In this document: positions 50,087 through 63,124 of the stretch, in pieces
Layout of the letters: each line of letters begins with the position of its first letter
Position numbering within the stretch: the stretch's first letter is position 1
DNA from: Batkoa obscura
Taxonomy: Eukaryota
NCBI GenBank assembly: GCA_030770535.1
Contig: JASVEC010000011.1
Location: 1-64,000, forward strand
Length of the DNA: 64,000 bases
Direction of reading: 5' to 3'
Made by a program: the position numbers and the translations under genes
The notes under the pieces: model-generated
What the model was told of the DNA's origin: nothing
Seen by the model: the letters and a program-made list of their open reading frames with translations, nothing else
Database searches by the model: none

Positions 50087-52495
50087 ATTTGTATAGTGGT
50101 TATAGTTCGAATTGAAGTATATAGTTTATAGATTTCCAAGTTTTTATAATTACTGTGAGTGTATTTTCGTTTGCTTTTATACTTCATTTACCTTTCATTT
50201 ACTTTCCTATATCTTGATATAAAAATGCTAACATGTTTAATTATATTATCATAGCAGTAGATCCTTTTAGTATTTTGCTATGATACTTTCAATTGTGATT
50301 TCATAAAATATAAATGAGAAGTTAAATTATTATTGATTTCATAGAAGATTTATTAGTATTTTATTAATGTGTATACTTGCATTGAATTTTAGGCCTCGAG
50401 AAAAGGAACTAATAAATCCACACCAAAATTAAATCAACTTGATGTTATATGTTATTTGTTAAAACGATCATTAAAGATGAGTTTCTTACGTAAGGATTTT
50501 CGGTAGTAAAAAAATTCCCAATGTATACTATTTAGGCTAAAATTGTCAATTAAATCCATTATTTCATAATAGTCATTTTAATTAAACTAAATTTAGAAAT
50601 GGCGTTAATCAAATGTTTTAAATTAAGTGAATATTGAAACGATTCTTTACAATTTTCCTATTGTAGTGACAAAGCTAGAAGCTTTAAGATGATGTAATTT
50701 TCATGAAATGTTAAATAAATGATCTCAGTATTTAAATATACCCATTATAGTATACTATTTTATACTCAAAGTAGGCTACTTTAGACCATACTTTTATTAA
50801 GTAAATTGTAAACAGTTATGTTTTAACCTGAGATTTTTTTAGATAATTCTAAATTTAAATGTGAGATCAAATTTTAAATCTTGATTTGTTTTAGATTACT
50901 TTAAGATTTAATTAAATCTTAACTGCCTCATTTTTAGATGTAAACTCTTCATATGGTTATATTTCATATTATAATTGTTGAGCTAAAACTAAATACATTA
51001 TATCATAGATTATTTAATGATCGTATAGACTTCTAAACCATCTGTTTTTATCTTAGAAGTCATATTTTTAAACTTTTACGTTATAAATTTAACTGCGTTA
51101 TTTTTAGCCAACTTTTTACTATGAAAATTTCTTGAAAAAACTTAATATAGGGGCATTTTTGAAGTAGTCTCTCCTTTTTAATGAGGCATCAGAGGTAAAA
51201 GTAACAAATTGAAACTATAAAGTAAAGTTATGGAAAATTAAGCTCAATTTGTAGGAATAAATCTATTCAAAAAATATTAATTAGACTAAGAAACAAATAA
51301 AGCTGTTGCGGTTCTTTCTAACCTCTTAATTGTTGACTTGGAGTAAACTCTTTGCTGAAATTTGTCAAAATATACTAATTATGCTTACGAAAAATTGACT
51401 AGTAACTAGCTTGCTTGGAAAAATTATGGCTAAAAAAGTCGCAAAAAGGCTGCAACAATTATATACTTTAAACGATAATACTAGTAGCCAGTTTCACATT
51501 TACACTATTGATTGATTGGACATTGTCTTGAGCATATCTTTAAAAGAATATTAGCATCGTAAGTAATTTGTATATTCAACATAGCGTAAGTAAAAGAGAT
51601 CTATAAAAATATATATATACAAAAATGCATATCTCAAAAAAGTCAAAAATAAAATGAAAAGACCAAGTGGGAATGTTTTTTTACCAATTGCCCTTTTTGT
51701 TATCTTAAATCCAGAAATTAATTAACTAGTACACTGTTTAAGCTTGGATGTGTATTAGTTAACCATTTATTTTATAATAAAAATCAAATTGGTGTGTCTC
51801 AAATTAGCATGATCAAACAGATAGTTGGCTATAAAATTGATTGTTTCCTAGTGCATATTTGAGCTTAAACAGCCGCATTAATTTATTAATTTCTAAATGC
51901 TAAAAAAATAGCAAATAAGGGTAATAGGTATGAAACATTCTCAAATATTCTAAATTATTTAACTTTCAATAATAAGTTCTGATACAATGTCTTATTTAGA
52001 CACCTATTATAAATTTATTAATATCTGGATTTTAAAGATATTGATATTTTGTCTCTCTTTTAAACATAATTTCTTGGAATCCCTTGATTGACAATGTTTG
52101 CTCACCCTATTCTACGCTTCTAAAAGTCACGCTCAAATTGCTCAAAGAGCTGTTTACTATCTTTTATTGTACTTAATCTATATATATTTCTGGCATTTAG
52201 ACAATAACTTTCAGTCCCCTATTTTTTTCTCACGTTTCCTTTTTACATAAATAAACTCACTATTAGCTTTTTCGAAAAAATGACAGTTTAACAATATTTT
52301 ATAACATATTAATAAATCCTAATACACTTAATAGATATGTTATTAATTGATATAAGTTATAATAAGGCAGTATATCCAATACTAATCATGTATCGAAATT
52401 TTATAACATTTTAACATTCAAAGGCTGCGTTTAAGGATACATTATAGAGTAAGTACTTATTATTCTTGCTATTCTAGAAAATTTTACAATTAAAA

Positions 52496-52597
52496 TATGG
52501 GAGTGTTTTTTAGTTTCACTACTTTTTCTATCCTTTAAGTGCTATTGAGTGGAAAAAGTATCAGTAAAACTCTTAAACAAAAAAATACATCCCCATA
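52496..52597 (+). mobile_element. Family 1 MITE-like element, copy G
   Basis: TATGGGAGTGTTTTTT...TTGAGTGGAAA...AAAAAATACATCCCCATA. Confidence 0.85.
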
Positions 52598-53059
52598 TAA
52601 TATTATAAAAATAAACAAATTTATTCAGAGTCTTTATTATTATTAGTTAAATAAGAATAAGTAATACTTTAAGTCTAAATGTAATAGTTTCATAACTAAC
52701 AATAAAAATGTGAGTAAATTAAGATTGTATATAAGTACTAGTGTTATTAAAATATTTTTATTATTTATATTATATAAATAAAGTGAATAAATATTAATTT
52801 TCCTTGATAAGTAACATGTTTAAACCAGAAGCTCTTATTTGTTCCTATCGGATTTATTTTCTCCAGCCTTTTTGCATGAGAAAATAAAACAAGTCTATTT
52901 TATAATATTTAATTTGTTGTCATTAAATACCACAAACCAATTAAATAATACATATACCCCACTTAATTATATAGATATAATTGAATCATATTGTAATAAA
53001 ACAGTATAAATATACAATTGTTTTTCTTTTATTGTAGCTTCCTTTTTATATTATAAAAA

Positions 53060-54526
53060 ATGTTTCATCAATTTTTTTACGATATTTCAACAAGTTTAAG
53101 CTTGCCTATAGATCAACTAAAATACATAGCAGCTATTTTGTTAACATATCCTATAGCTCTGTTTTATGCTAAATTTATATCAACATCTTCAACATTTAGT
53201 AAAAATTTATATTCAATAGTTACTACCCTATTTTTATTCGTATGTATACACGATCAATTGGTTGGATTATATCACTTATTATTATCTTGTGTTGTTACAT
53301 ATACGTTGTTATCCACTTTCAAAGGTGAATTAGGTGCCAAGCTGGTATTTTTATGGGCTATGATACATATGTCTTATACCCATATTCTTAGACAATACTA
53401 TGATTATGGTTTAGCTAAAATGGATTATTCCGGGCCACAAATGATATGGACAATTAAATTAACTATGTTTGCATTCAATGTTTATGATGGACAAAGGGAT
53501 TTAAAGCAACTTAATGAATATCAAATAGAGAGAAGAATTCAACAGTTACCCAGTTTTATAGACTTTTTAGGTTATATCTTTTATTTTGGAGGTTTTTTTG
53601 TTGGACCAGCTTTCGATTATTTTGATTATCAACAATTTTTAAGAGCGGAATATTTTAATAAAGTTAACAATAACAATTCCTTATTCCCTCCAACTATTTT
53701 AAGGGCTGTCAAATGCTTTGTTGTTGGAATAATATGTGCAACTGTTCCCATTTTGGTTGCTCCTTATTTAAACGTAAAGACACTATTAACTCCAGAGTAT
53801 TTGAGTAAGTCTTTTATTGTTAGAGTAGGGCATGTGACTTTGGTGCCGTTATTAGAAAGATTTAAATATTACTTTGTATGGTCATTAGCCGAAGGTGCCT
53901 TTATATTAAGTGGGTTTGGATATAATGGCTCAAAAAGTAAAGGAATCTCAAATGTAGATATTGCTAAAGTAGAAGTACCAGACAATTTAAAGATGGTACT
54001 TGAAAATTGGAATATGGCAACTAACTTATGGTTAAGGAATTATATTTATTTAAGATTAACTCCAATCGGGTCAAAGCCTAGTTTTTTTGCACAACTTTCT
54101 ACCTTCTTTACTTCTGCTTTATGGCATGGGTTTTACCCTGGTTATTATTTAACTTTTATATTTGGTGGATTTATCAATGAGTTAGCACGTAAGTTACGCC
54201 GTACTATTCGTCCTGTAGTTTTATCTTATGATTCGAAGCTCATCAAAATACTTTATGATATAGTTGGTACCTTATCAACATGTTTTGCCTTAAATTATCT
54301 TACAATTCCTTTCCTTTCATTGACTTTCACTGATTCTTATATTATTTTAAAATCCGTCTATTTCTACATTCATATTATTGTATTTGCATCTCTATTTGTA
54401 TTTAGATTCATACCTAACAAGGCCAAAGTTGCTAAAGTACCACCTACTTCAATAAATCCTATTTCTAGTGATGCTCCTAAACCTGAAGAAATTGGTTTTG
54501 GTAAAGATGTGAAAAAAGTGAATTGA
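53060..54526 (+). CDS. ALE1: MBOAT lysophospholipid acyltransferase (Ale1/LPCAT3 type), intronless
   Basis: GPQMIWTIKL, VYDG, FFVGPAF, KYYFVWSLAEG, ENWNMATNLWLRNYIYLR, SALWHGFYPGYYLTF. Confidence 0.92.
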   Translation: MFHQFFYDISTSLSLPIDQLKYIAAILLTYPIALFYAKFISTSSTFSKNLYSIVTTLFLFVCIHDQLVGLYHLLLSCVVTYTLLSTFKGELGAKLVFLWAMIHMSYTHILRQYYDYGLAKMDYSGPQMIWTIKLTMFAFNVYDGQRDLKQLNEYQIERRIQQLPSFIDFLGYIFYFGGFFVGPAFDYFDYQQFLRAEYFNKVNNNNSLFPPTILRAVKCFVVGIICATVPILVAPYLNVKTLLTPEYLSKSFIVRVGHVTLVPLLERFKYYFVWSLAEGAFILSGFGYNGSKSKGISNVDIAKVEVPDNLKMVLENWNMATNLWLRNYIYLRLTPIGSKPSFFAQLSTFFTSALWHGFYPGYYLTFIFGGFINELARKLRRTIRPVVLSYDSKLIKILYDIVGTLSTCFALNYLTIPFLSLTFTDSYIILKSVYFYIHIIVFASLFVFRFIPNKAKVAKVPPTSINPISSDAPKPEEIGFGKDVKKVN

Positions 54527-54918
54527 TATTAGCTTTACATATACAAAAACTATAATAAATTTATAAACATATCTAAGTATTATCTTGTTATTTCATCTAA
54601 TCCCATTATTTTTATTTCATTGTTTAATCCTATCTTTTGTTTTGTTGTTTTACATTAAAAATTAATATAAATTTACATACAATGCTAATCTGACAAAAGT
54701 GACGAATATAATTAGCTAGTTAGAAACAAGACTGCCAAAAAAATTTCAAAGCCTTAACCCTTAAAATTATCCTTAGACATATGAGGTTGTATTCAATCAA
54801 TTAAATTCATTTTATAGATGAGATTTGGATTGATTGATTGTACAATTATTTAATCTAAAAATCAAAAAGTATAAAATTAAAATCAACATTCAATATAAAT
54901 ACTTATTTCTTTATAATA

Positions 54919-55973
54919 ATGATAACTAAAATGGAAAAAGATATTTGTATAGGTACTCGTAAATCCCAGTTAGCTTTAGTACAAGCTGAGTTTGTTAAGG
55001 GTGAACTACATACCCTTTATCCCAACTTAAACTTATCACTTGAAAAGATAAGCACGATTGGTGATAAAATTTTAGATAAAGCTTTATCAAAGATTGGAGA
55101 AAAGAGTTTATTTACTAAAGAGCTTGAAGTGGCCTTAAAGGACGGTGCCGTAGATTTAGTGGTCCATTCCTTAAAAGATTTACCTACTACTTTGCCACCT
55201 GGTATGGTTTTAGGAGCAGTTATGGAAAGAGAGGATCCCCATGACGCTGTGGTCATGAGTTTAAAAAATAAAGGTTTGACTATAGATAAGTTACCTAAAG
55301 GTTCAGTGATTGGAACTTCATCCGTTAGACGTATTTCCCAATTAAGACGAAATTTCCCAAACCTTGAATTTCAGGATGTGGTAATAATCTTTATTTGTTT
55401 GCTTATATTATTTTTATTAAGATATACCGTAATAATTAGAGAGGTAATTTAAACACTCGTATTAGTAAGTTAGATGATGAAAATGGTCCTTATGATGCTT
55501 TGATATTAGCCGTTGCTGGCTTAAAGAGGTTAGGTTGGGAATCACGTATATCTCAGGTATTAGCACCTGATTTATCCCTTCATGCTGTTGGACAAGGGGC
55601 CTTAGGTATAGAATGTAGAATGGATGATGAACATACCCTTGAACTCTTGAGCAAATTGGATCACAAAGATACTAGGCTCCGTTGCACTGCAGAAAGAGCA
55701 ATGATGCGTAAACTTGAAGGAGGTTGTAGTGTCCCAATTGGCGTAGCTACCACCTTTAAAGATAATAAGCTATCTTTAAGGGGTATGGTTGCTAGTATAG
55801 ATGGTAAAACGTTTATTGAATATACACATGAGCAAGATGTTTCTAATGGGGTTGACGAGGCTGAAAAAGTTGGTGAAAAAGTTGCAGATGAATTACTCAA
55901 GTTAGGTGCTAGAGAAATATTGAATTCTATAAGAGATAATGAAAATGTTACTGAGCTTCCTTTTGGTAAATAA
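54919..55973 (+). CDS. HEM3: Porphobilinogen deaminase, 2 exons
   Basis: [61 protein letters not shown]. Confidence 0.97.
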
Positions 55974-56596
55974 GGAATTTCCACTTAAATTATTCCCATA
56001 AGTTTATTGTCACATAATAAATTTATTTTTAATATTATTTGGGTAGTTTTTAATAATATTGCGCTACTACAATATGAGATTCAAAGAATATAATTAAAAG
56101 TCTACAATAATAAGATAAGTCAATTTGTTATTAAACATGAATTTAAGCTAGATAGTATGAATGCTTTAATCAACAAAAGATTCTTTAATAATTTTTTACT
56201 AATATAAGCTAGGTTTAAATATCTTGTTAATGAATCGATTAGCTTAAAGAGAAATATTCAAAATAATTTGTACTATTATTATTATTTAAAAGTAACCCTT
56301 TTTTAACTTAACAATAAGTATATTGAGTCAAGATGGCAATAGCGTATTGTACTATCAAGTTCAACCTTTAATAACTTACTTTATCCATTTATTAAGCCAG
56401 ATTGTATGTATAAAGACTCAAATCAATCCATAAATAGCGCTTAAGTTATCAAAAGAAATGGACATTTTTATAGCATAGTATTGTATCCTACAAAACCAAT
56501 TATTTTCATATTTAAACTGAACCTTATTAATAAAAAATTCTCTCATGTAAAGCTTTAATGATTTATAACCAACTATTTATTTCACTAATCTAATAT

Positions 56597-57054
56597 TTAT
56601 TTAGAATATTTAGATGGAGGTTTCCAGTCAGGATCCTATTTGAAAACATTAGTTGAAATAATAAAAACAATGATAAAACTTACATTAAATTGAGAAGCCC
56701 ATAACATGGAAGGAATCCATCTCTTTGGTGGGTAATGTCTCCACTAAAAATAGTAATTTAAAATCAATTCTATTAACCCAATAAATTAGCTTACTTCTCT
56801 AGAAGCAGAAAAACTCCAAACTACGCCGATAAAAGCGGTCATACCAGCCATTACAATAGCAGTATTACGACGCCACTGTTTGGGGTGTGCCCACCAACCA
56901 CCAGCCGGAGACCTGAATTATCGATTAAGTCTGAATCTTTAGTAAACTAAAACAATTCCTTACCATACATGTTTAGGATATTCGTAACGTTTTACAGCAC
57001 CCTAGATTGATGTTTAATCATTGTTTTTTAGTTGATTAATTTATTTATTACCAT
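56597..57054 (-). CDS. Small complex I accessory subunit, NUUM/NDUFB1-like, 5 exons
   Basis: MGAVKRYEYPKHVWSPAGGWWAHPKQWRRNTAIVMAG...WRHYPPKRWIPSMLWASQFNDPDWKPPSKYSK. Absent from the ORF track. Confidence 0.8.
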
Positions 57055-57554
57055 TTTTTTAAATGAAAAAATAAATTATTTAACATTATCTGTTATTTTC
57101 AATCTCAATCTGATCTCTAATAGATGGGACTTTATTGGCCAGTTCGAATTTGACCAAGTTTTAGTATTAGTTTTATTGGGACATAGTAATTATTTGCAAA
57201 ATAAAAAGTGTTTAAGATTTATATATGAAGGCATGATATTATAAAATATAAATAATATAACTATAATATACTATTATTTCAAGGTGTGGTATTTGTCAAT
57301 ATATCTTATTAAAACCCCTGCTTAGAATGAAAAAATAGCTACATGATGTATTCCAAATGGTGTTTAAAACTATAAAAAATAAAAAATATCAAGATATCTA
57401 TCATAAAAACAAACATTTATTTATTTTAAAATATAAACAATAAAATAAAAAACGTTAATTTTATAAACTTTATCATCTAGAGGTACTATATTTTGTTTAA
57501 ATGAAAACTATTTATAAAAAAAGCCTTGTATTTTATAGAGGGAAGGGAAGTAAA

Positions 57555-58907
57555 TTAGATAAGTTCAGCAACGTTAAGAGGCATCTCTTCTACAGTAGTG
57601 TTATAGAATTGTTCGATATCACGGAGCATACGAACGTCATCAGTAGTGATAAAGTTGATAGATACACCTTTACGACCGAAACGACCACCACGACCAATAC
57701 GATGGATATAATTTTCACGGTTAGATGGAAGATCGTAGTTAATAACTAAAGAAACTTGTTGAACATCAATACCACGAGCTAGAAGATCGGTGGCAATAAG
57801 AACACGGGAAGAACCGGAACGGAACTCTTTCATAACAACTTCACGCTCCTTTTGTTCCATATCACCATGGATGGCGGAAACAGTGAACTCACGGGACTTA
57901 AGTTTTTCAGTGAGCCACTCAACCTTTCTTCTTGAGTTACAAAAAATAACGGCTTGAGTAACAGTAATAGTTTCGTAAAGATCACAAAGAGTATCGAGTT
58001 TCCATTCTTCTTTTTCACAAGAGATATAGAATTGTTTAATACCTTCTAAAGTTAATTCATCACGTTTAACTAAAATACGGATAGGATCACGCATAAACTT
58101 TTGAGTAACTTCAAGGACATCAGTAGGCATGGTAGCAGAAAGTAAAACTGCTTGTGTGGTGCTTGGAAGTCTTTGGAAAATTTCATAAATTTGATCTTTA
58201 AAACCACGGGACAACATTTCATCAGCTTCATCAAGAACAAACATCTTAAGTTTATCAGTGTTAAGGTATCCACGGTTAATCATATCGAATACACGACCTG
58301 GAGTACCGACAACGATCTGAACACCATTTGCAAGACTAGCAGCATCATCACGGACACTGGTACCACCAATACATCCGTAAATGTTAAGGCTCATAAAATC
58401 AGAAATAGCAACAACAACTTTTTGAATTTGGGAAGCTAATTCACGAGTTGGTGCGAGAATTAAAGCTTGAACAGCCTTAACTTCTGGGTCTATTTTTTGT
58501 AAGACTGAAATGGAGAAAGTACCAGTTTTACCAGTACCAGATTGAGCTTGAGCAATAACATCTCTTCCACTAACAATTGGTAAAATGGCACGAGATTGAA
58601 TGGCAGAAGGACGTTCAAAACTTTGATTTTTATTAGTACCCGATTGGTTATAAAATAACATAAAAGCTCTTACCCATAGGCGTAGATACCACGGAGAAGA
58701 TCTTCTTTAAGGCTCATGTTATCGAAATTGTCAACAACCTCGTTATGGTTGGACTAAAAAATTAATACACTGCTATAAAACTTAATAAATAGTATTACTT
58801 CAATTTCAACTTCCTTAATGTCATTAAGTTGATCTTTAGTAGCTTCAGTACTAAAAATAGAGTTAGTTTTGTAAACAAAATAAGCCTTTTTATAATTACC
58901 TGCTCAT
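57555..58907 (-). CDS. TIF1: Translation initiation factor eIF4A (DEAD-box helicase), 4 exons
   Basis: [70 protein letters not shown]. Confidence 0.97.
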
Positions 58908-59631
58908 TTTATTCAATTTCTTTCAATTTCTTTCAATTTTTAAAGAAAGGCAAAGGAATCAATACTCCTGAATAATTTTTATCTTTGAACTCGGAGCAAA
59001 AGCTGCACATAATAAACAAGTATTATTGGCTAGCTATCAGCAAATGAATTCAACATTGGGGTTAAGTTAGCCTTAATTGGCTTACAAACTAATTATGGGT
59101 CTTTGGATAAAGTTTAACATTATAAAATAAGCAGTCTTATTCTAAATTCCAACCAATTGATGGAAATGTCCAAAAGGTTTAAGCACAAATTTAAAGAATC
59201 AAAACTTATATGTTCTAAAAAATAGCGCTGAAATCATAAACATTAATGTTCATAATTTACTATAACCCTCTGATAAAAGAAATTATTTTATTGTTTTTAG
59301 CGCAGAGAATACACAAAGATCTTGATATTAGCTAGAACGTCAACTCAGAAAGGATCTCATTTAATGACGATTGTTGCTTTTAAGGTCGACTTTTCTTGTC
59401 CTAATTAATTTCACAAACTAGACTACTATTGGCTAAGTTAATATAAATATTAATTTACTGAGTGACATTTTAGTTATTTTAAGTCCCCATATTTCAAAAA
59501 TTCAGGACAATTGTCCTGTTTAAAAAATCTGTCAAAATTGCCTAACCTGCAAAAAAAGCGTCAGGAATTGAACCAATAAAATAAAAATGAGTGCAAGCTA
59601 AACAAAAAATCTATTTTAACAAATCCACAAC

Positions 59632-61435
59632 ATGAGCGAAAAGAATGATTACAATAAAGATTATTCATTGGGAAAAGAAATTGAAGCGATAACGTTAGCA
59701 AGTGATTATGGTGAAGTGTCAAGTGTATATCATAAAGAAAGGAGTTTTCTTCCCTCACCTTATCCCAATAATAAAATAATTGCTTATAAATCGCCTTTTA
59801 CCAGTATACTTATAAAAAGGAGAGAGGACAAGTTTCCTGAATTGAGGCAAATAAGTAAAGAGAATCTAGAGGAAAGGGAAGAAGAATCAACCGGAAACAT
59901 AGGTTCTTTAAGTGAAATCATACCTAATACAAAGGAAAGCGGATCCTATTCAAATAAAGACTTAAAATTGCAGCTTAGGAATACTTTGTTAGAAAATAAC
60001 AAACAGAAGGAGAAAACAAGGAAACGTGACAATGATAAAAACGAGGAATCCAAAATAAATAAATCGATAAATCATTTATTAAGGGAGTCGTTAAATCATG
60101 ACGATAGTATAGAACTAGAGAGTTTTGTAAAAGCCATAAGTAATGGCTCACTTGAAATAATTGGAGAAGAAAATGATAATTTGAAAGATGCCTTCAACGA
60201 TATTTCTAAACATGAGTACTTTTCAAAAAATAATTCAAAATCAGTTAATAAAGATAGTATGGAGTTTAATAGTATAGTTAAAGCTATATCCAAAGGCTCA
60301 CTAAAAATTAGTAAAGAAGTATCATTTAGTCATAAAAATAAGGTAAACTTGGTTTAATTATAATAAGTTTAATAACAGTTTGTAGCAAAAAAGTAGGGAG
60401 AAAGCGCATTCAAGTTTGAATAAAAGACAGCAGAAACCAAAAATAATAATAGTAAAAAAGAGCTCAATTATATCGTTTTTAAGGTTTGCAAAAAATGTTG
60501 AGCATTTGGATGATGGATTTTTTATAGCTAGAAAAGATGAAGATAAATTTATAATTGATCGATTTGATCCAGGGTCCATAGTATATACTACGACAAATGA
60601 CCATGATGAAAATCATAGATGCCCTACTTATCTTTTAGAAGAAGATATTCCATTTACAATTAAGTTTGATAAGATGGATTCTATAAATGAAAATAATTAT
60701 TTTCCAGAATTTTATATAAAATTACAGGATCAGCAAATGGAGCTAACATGTATTTGGAAAGAGATGGATGTTACTGTTGATTTTTACAAAGTCAATAAAG
60801 AAATTATAAGTAAGGTTGGGCGCTCAAAATATGAAGATAGTCTTATTGATGAAAATGAGGATCATGGGTTTATAATTAATGAGAATGAGAACATAATACT
60901 GGCAAACAAAGATGAGGCTAAAGAGTATAAGATAAGCGGTATATGGTATGATAAACAAGTAAAATTAGAAGATTTATATTACAATATAATTGGATTTTTA
61001 AAAGAATTTTATCCAAAAGTTAAAGAGGGAGAGTTTTATATGGTAATTAAAGAAAATGATAAATGGCAAATATTTAAAGCTGTTTTTTTGGTAATTAAGA
61101 TAATTTATTAAATAAACCATATATTTATTTTATCTTAGGTACATTCGTTTAAAATATTAAGCTATGAAGATGAACATCAAATTTTAATTAATAGTATACA
61201 AAATGATGTTATATTTACACCTAGAGCAATTGCAGAGAAAGCTAAAGATGAAACGAAAGATTATAATAAAATGAGTTCAAAAGAATTAATTGATATTATT
61301 GAAGAACAACAAGTGATAATTAAAAGGTTACAGAATGAACTAAAAGAGCTGGGGGCGGACGCTAATAATGATACCACAAAAGTCAAATCATCAACTACTA
61401 CAATGCTTTCAGTAAATAATAGGTCATTATGTTGA
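59632..61435 (+). CDS. STIL N-terminal-domain protein with C-terminal coiled coil; introns 60343-60385 and 61091-61138; may end at 61488 if one more intron is used
   Basis: PKIIIVKKSSIISFLRFAKN, IIDRFDPG, PTYLLEED, HGFIINENENIIL...KISGIWY and IIEEQQVIIKRLQNELKEL follow the order of conserved STIL blocks as I recall them. Confidence 0.7.
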
Positions 61436-63124
61436 TATGCTTTTAGATTAATTTTTATGCTAACAAACAGCTTAAATTTTTGAAATGAAAAGGGTAATAA
61501 GGGGCACTGGACAGTTAAATTATAATCAACGATGAGGAGTGGTATCAAAAGTAGCTATAAATTACTGTGCATTAAAGTAAAATTGGTTTTAAGGGGATTT
61601 TATTCTAATTAATAAATAAAGTGTTGAAGTTTATAGTTTAAATGCTTATATTTTAAAGGTTCGATTAAAGTAATAGTTCTTATAAAGTTTATATTGTGTA
61701 ATTTTTATAATATGAATTTCCTCATTTTTTGATTTTTTGGTATAAGTTATAAAATGTAAGGTTTATTATTTACTAAACCTAATAGGAACTAAACTTTATT
61801 TGCTTTTTAAAGTATTATAATGAATAAAAGTTACTTCAATATTTATAAAGTACTTGCGGTTTATTTCTTTACAAGTAATAGAAAGCTTTAAAATCAATAA
61901 ACAGGCATATATTTATAAAAGGGAGTTTTTTATTATTATGATAAATTAAAAATAAAAAGTTAAAAATTAAAAATAACAAAATATATTTAAAAATAAATTT
62001 AAAGCCTCAAAAAATAAAAAAAAACTCCGCTTTAACAATATTGCTAAGTAAAATTTATTGCAGAAAAATATATATATTGTTACATATATCAACCTATACA
62101 ATATAATAACACAAGAACTCCACTTTAAAAAACACCTTGAAATAACCTAGTCAATTATAATATTATAATCACATATACCTTTATATATTTTATTTTAAAT
62201 AAATTGGCTTTAAAATTAATGAATGTTAAATTGGATTTTATTACTTACAACTCGTGATATTCATACTTTATACTTACCTTGAATTAACTAAAAGGGAAAT
62301 GGAAAATAATATAAAAAATATGTCCATATATAATTTTAGTTAATAAAAAAAGCTAAAAATCAGTTCATTTAAATTAAGTTGCTATTGCTATCATAAAAGT
62401 AAATAAATAGTTTTCAAGAAAGAGTTTAATATTTTATAAAGTAAAGTTATTTTAATCCATAACATGAGTTCAAATTGGATAAAAGAACTTCAATTTTATT
62501 AAGTCATTATTATAATATTACAGAGTACTTCTCACTATAAAAATGGTAAATAAATTATACTTAAATACAGTAATTTTAAACTAAAAACGCTATTTGGATC
62601 TTATTGGTTAATAAATTTACTCCATTTACTTTATAAAGAATTTATCTATAAATTATTACCTCATTATATTTAATAGTTCCAGTTTTATTCGTTAAGTAAT
62701 GATCAAATATTTTAATCTTGTTTCAACTGCTTTAGGTTAGTTGATCTAAATGATTCAATTCAAGTTCGATCTTGATTGGTGGAGCTAACTAAAAGTATTT
62801 ACTGTTAAGAAAAATAGTGGAAATTGTTATTATTACTTTTAAAGTTTATTAGTTGTTATTTGAGTTTTAATTATAAAAAAGGTAAAACAATATATTATTA
62901 TAATATTAATATTGGTTTATAATACATAAAAAATAAACACACATACATTTGGTCAACTTATACAAGTTATAACAGAGATAGTCAATAACTTATCCAATCG
63001 ATAGTACTATTTAACTATTGATTTAAATTTACAATGAATTCATTTGGTGCGAATGGAAGCAATAGAAAATAAAAAACTAATATTTATAACTTAGGAATAG
63101 CTTCCTTTAAAGCATTTTATTGTG

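Noticed and set aside
57501..58439. ORFs overlapping eIF4A on both strands
   Set aside because: By-products of strong codon bias in a highly expressed gene.
61403..61435. MLSVNNRSLC as a match to the STIL post-coil motif
   Set aside because: Weak similarity, and the segment may be intronic (GTAAAT donor, GCTAAC branch point, CAG at 61470).
63034..63072. ATG at 63034 as the kinase start
   Set aside because: In-frame stop after 12 codons and no splice path I could find that keeps the kinase frame; ATG 63125 plus intron 63128-63180 fits.
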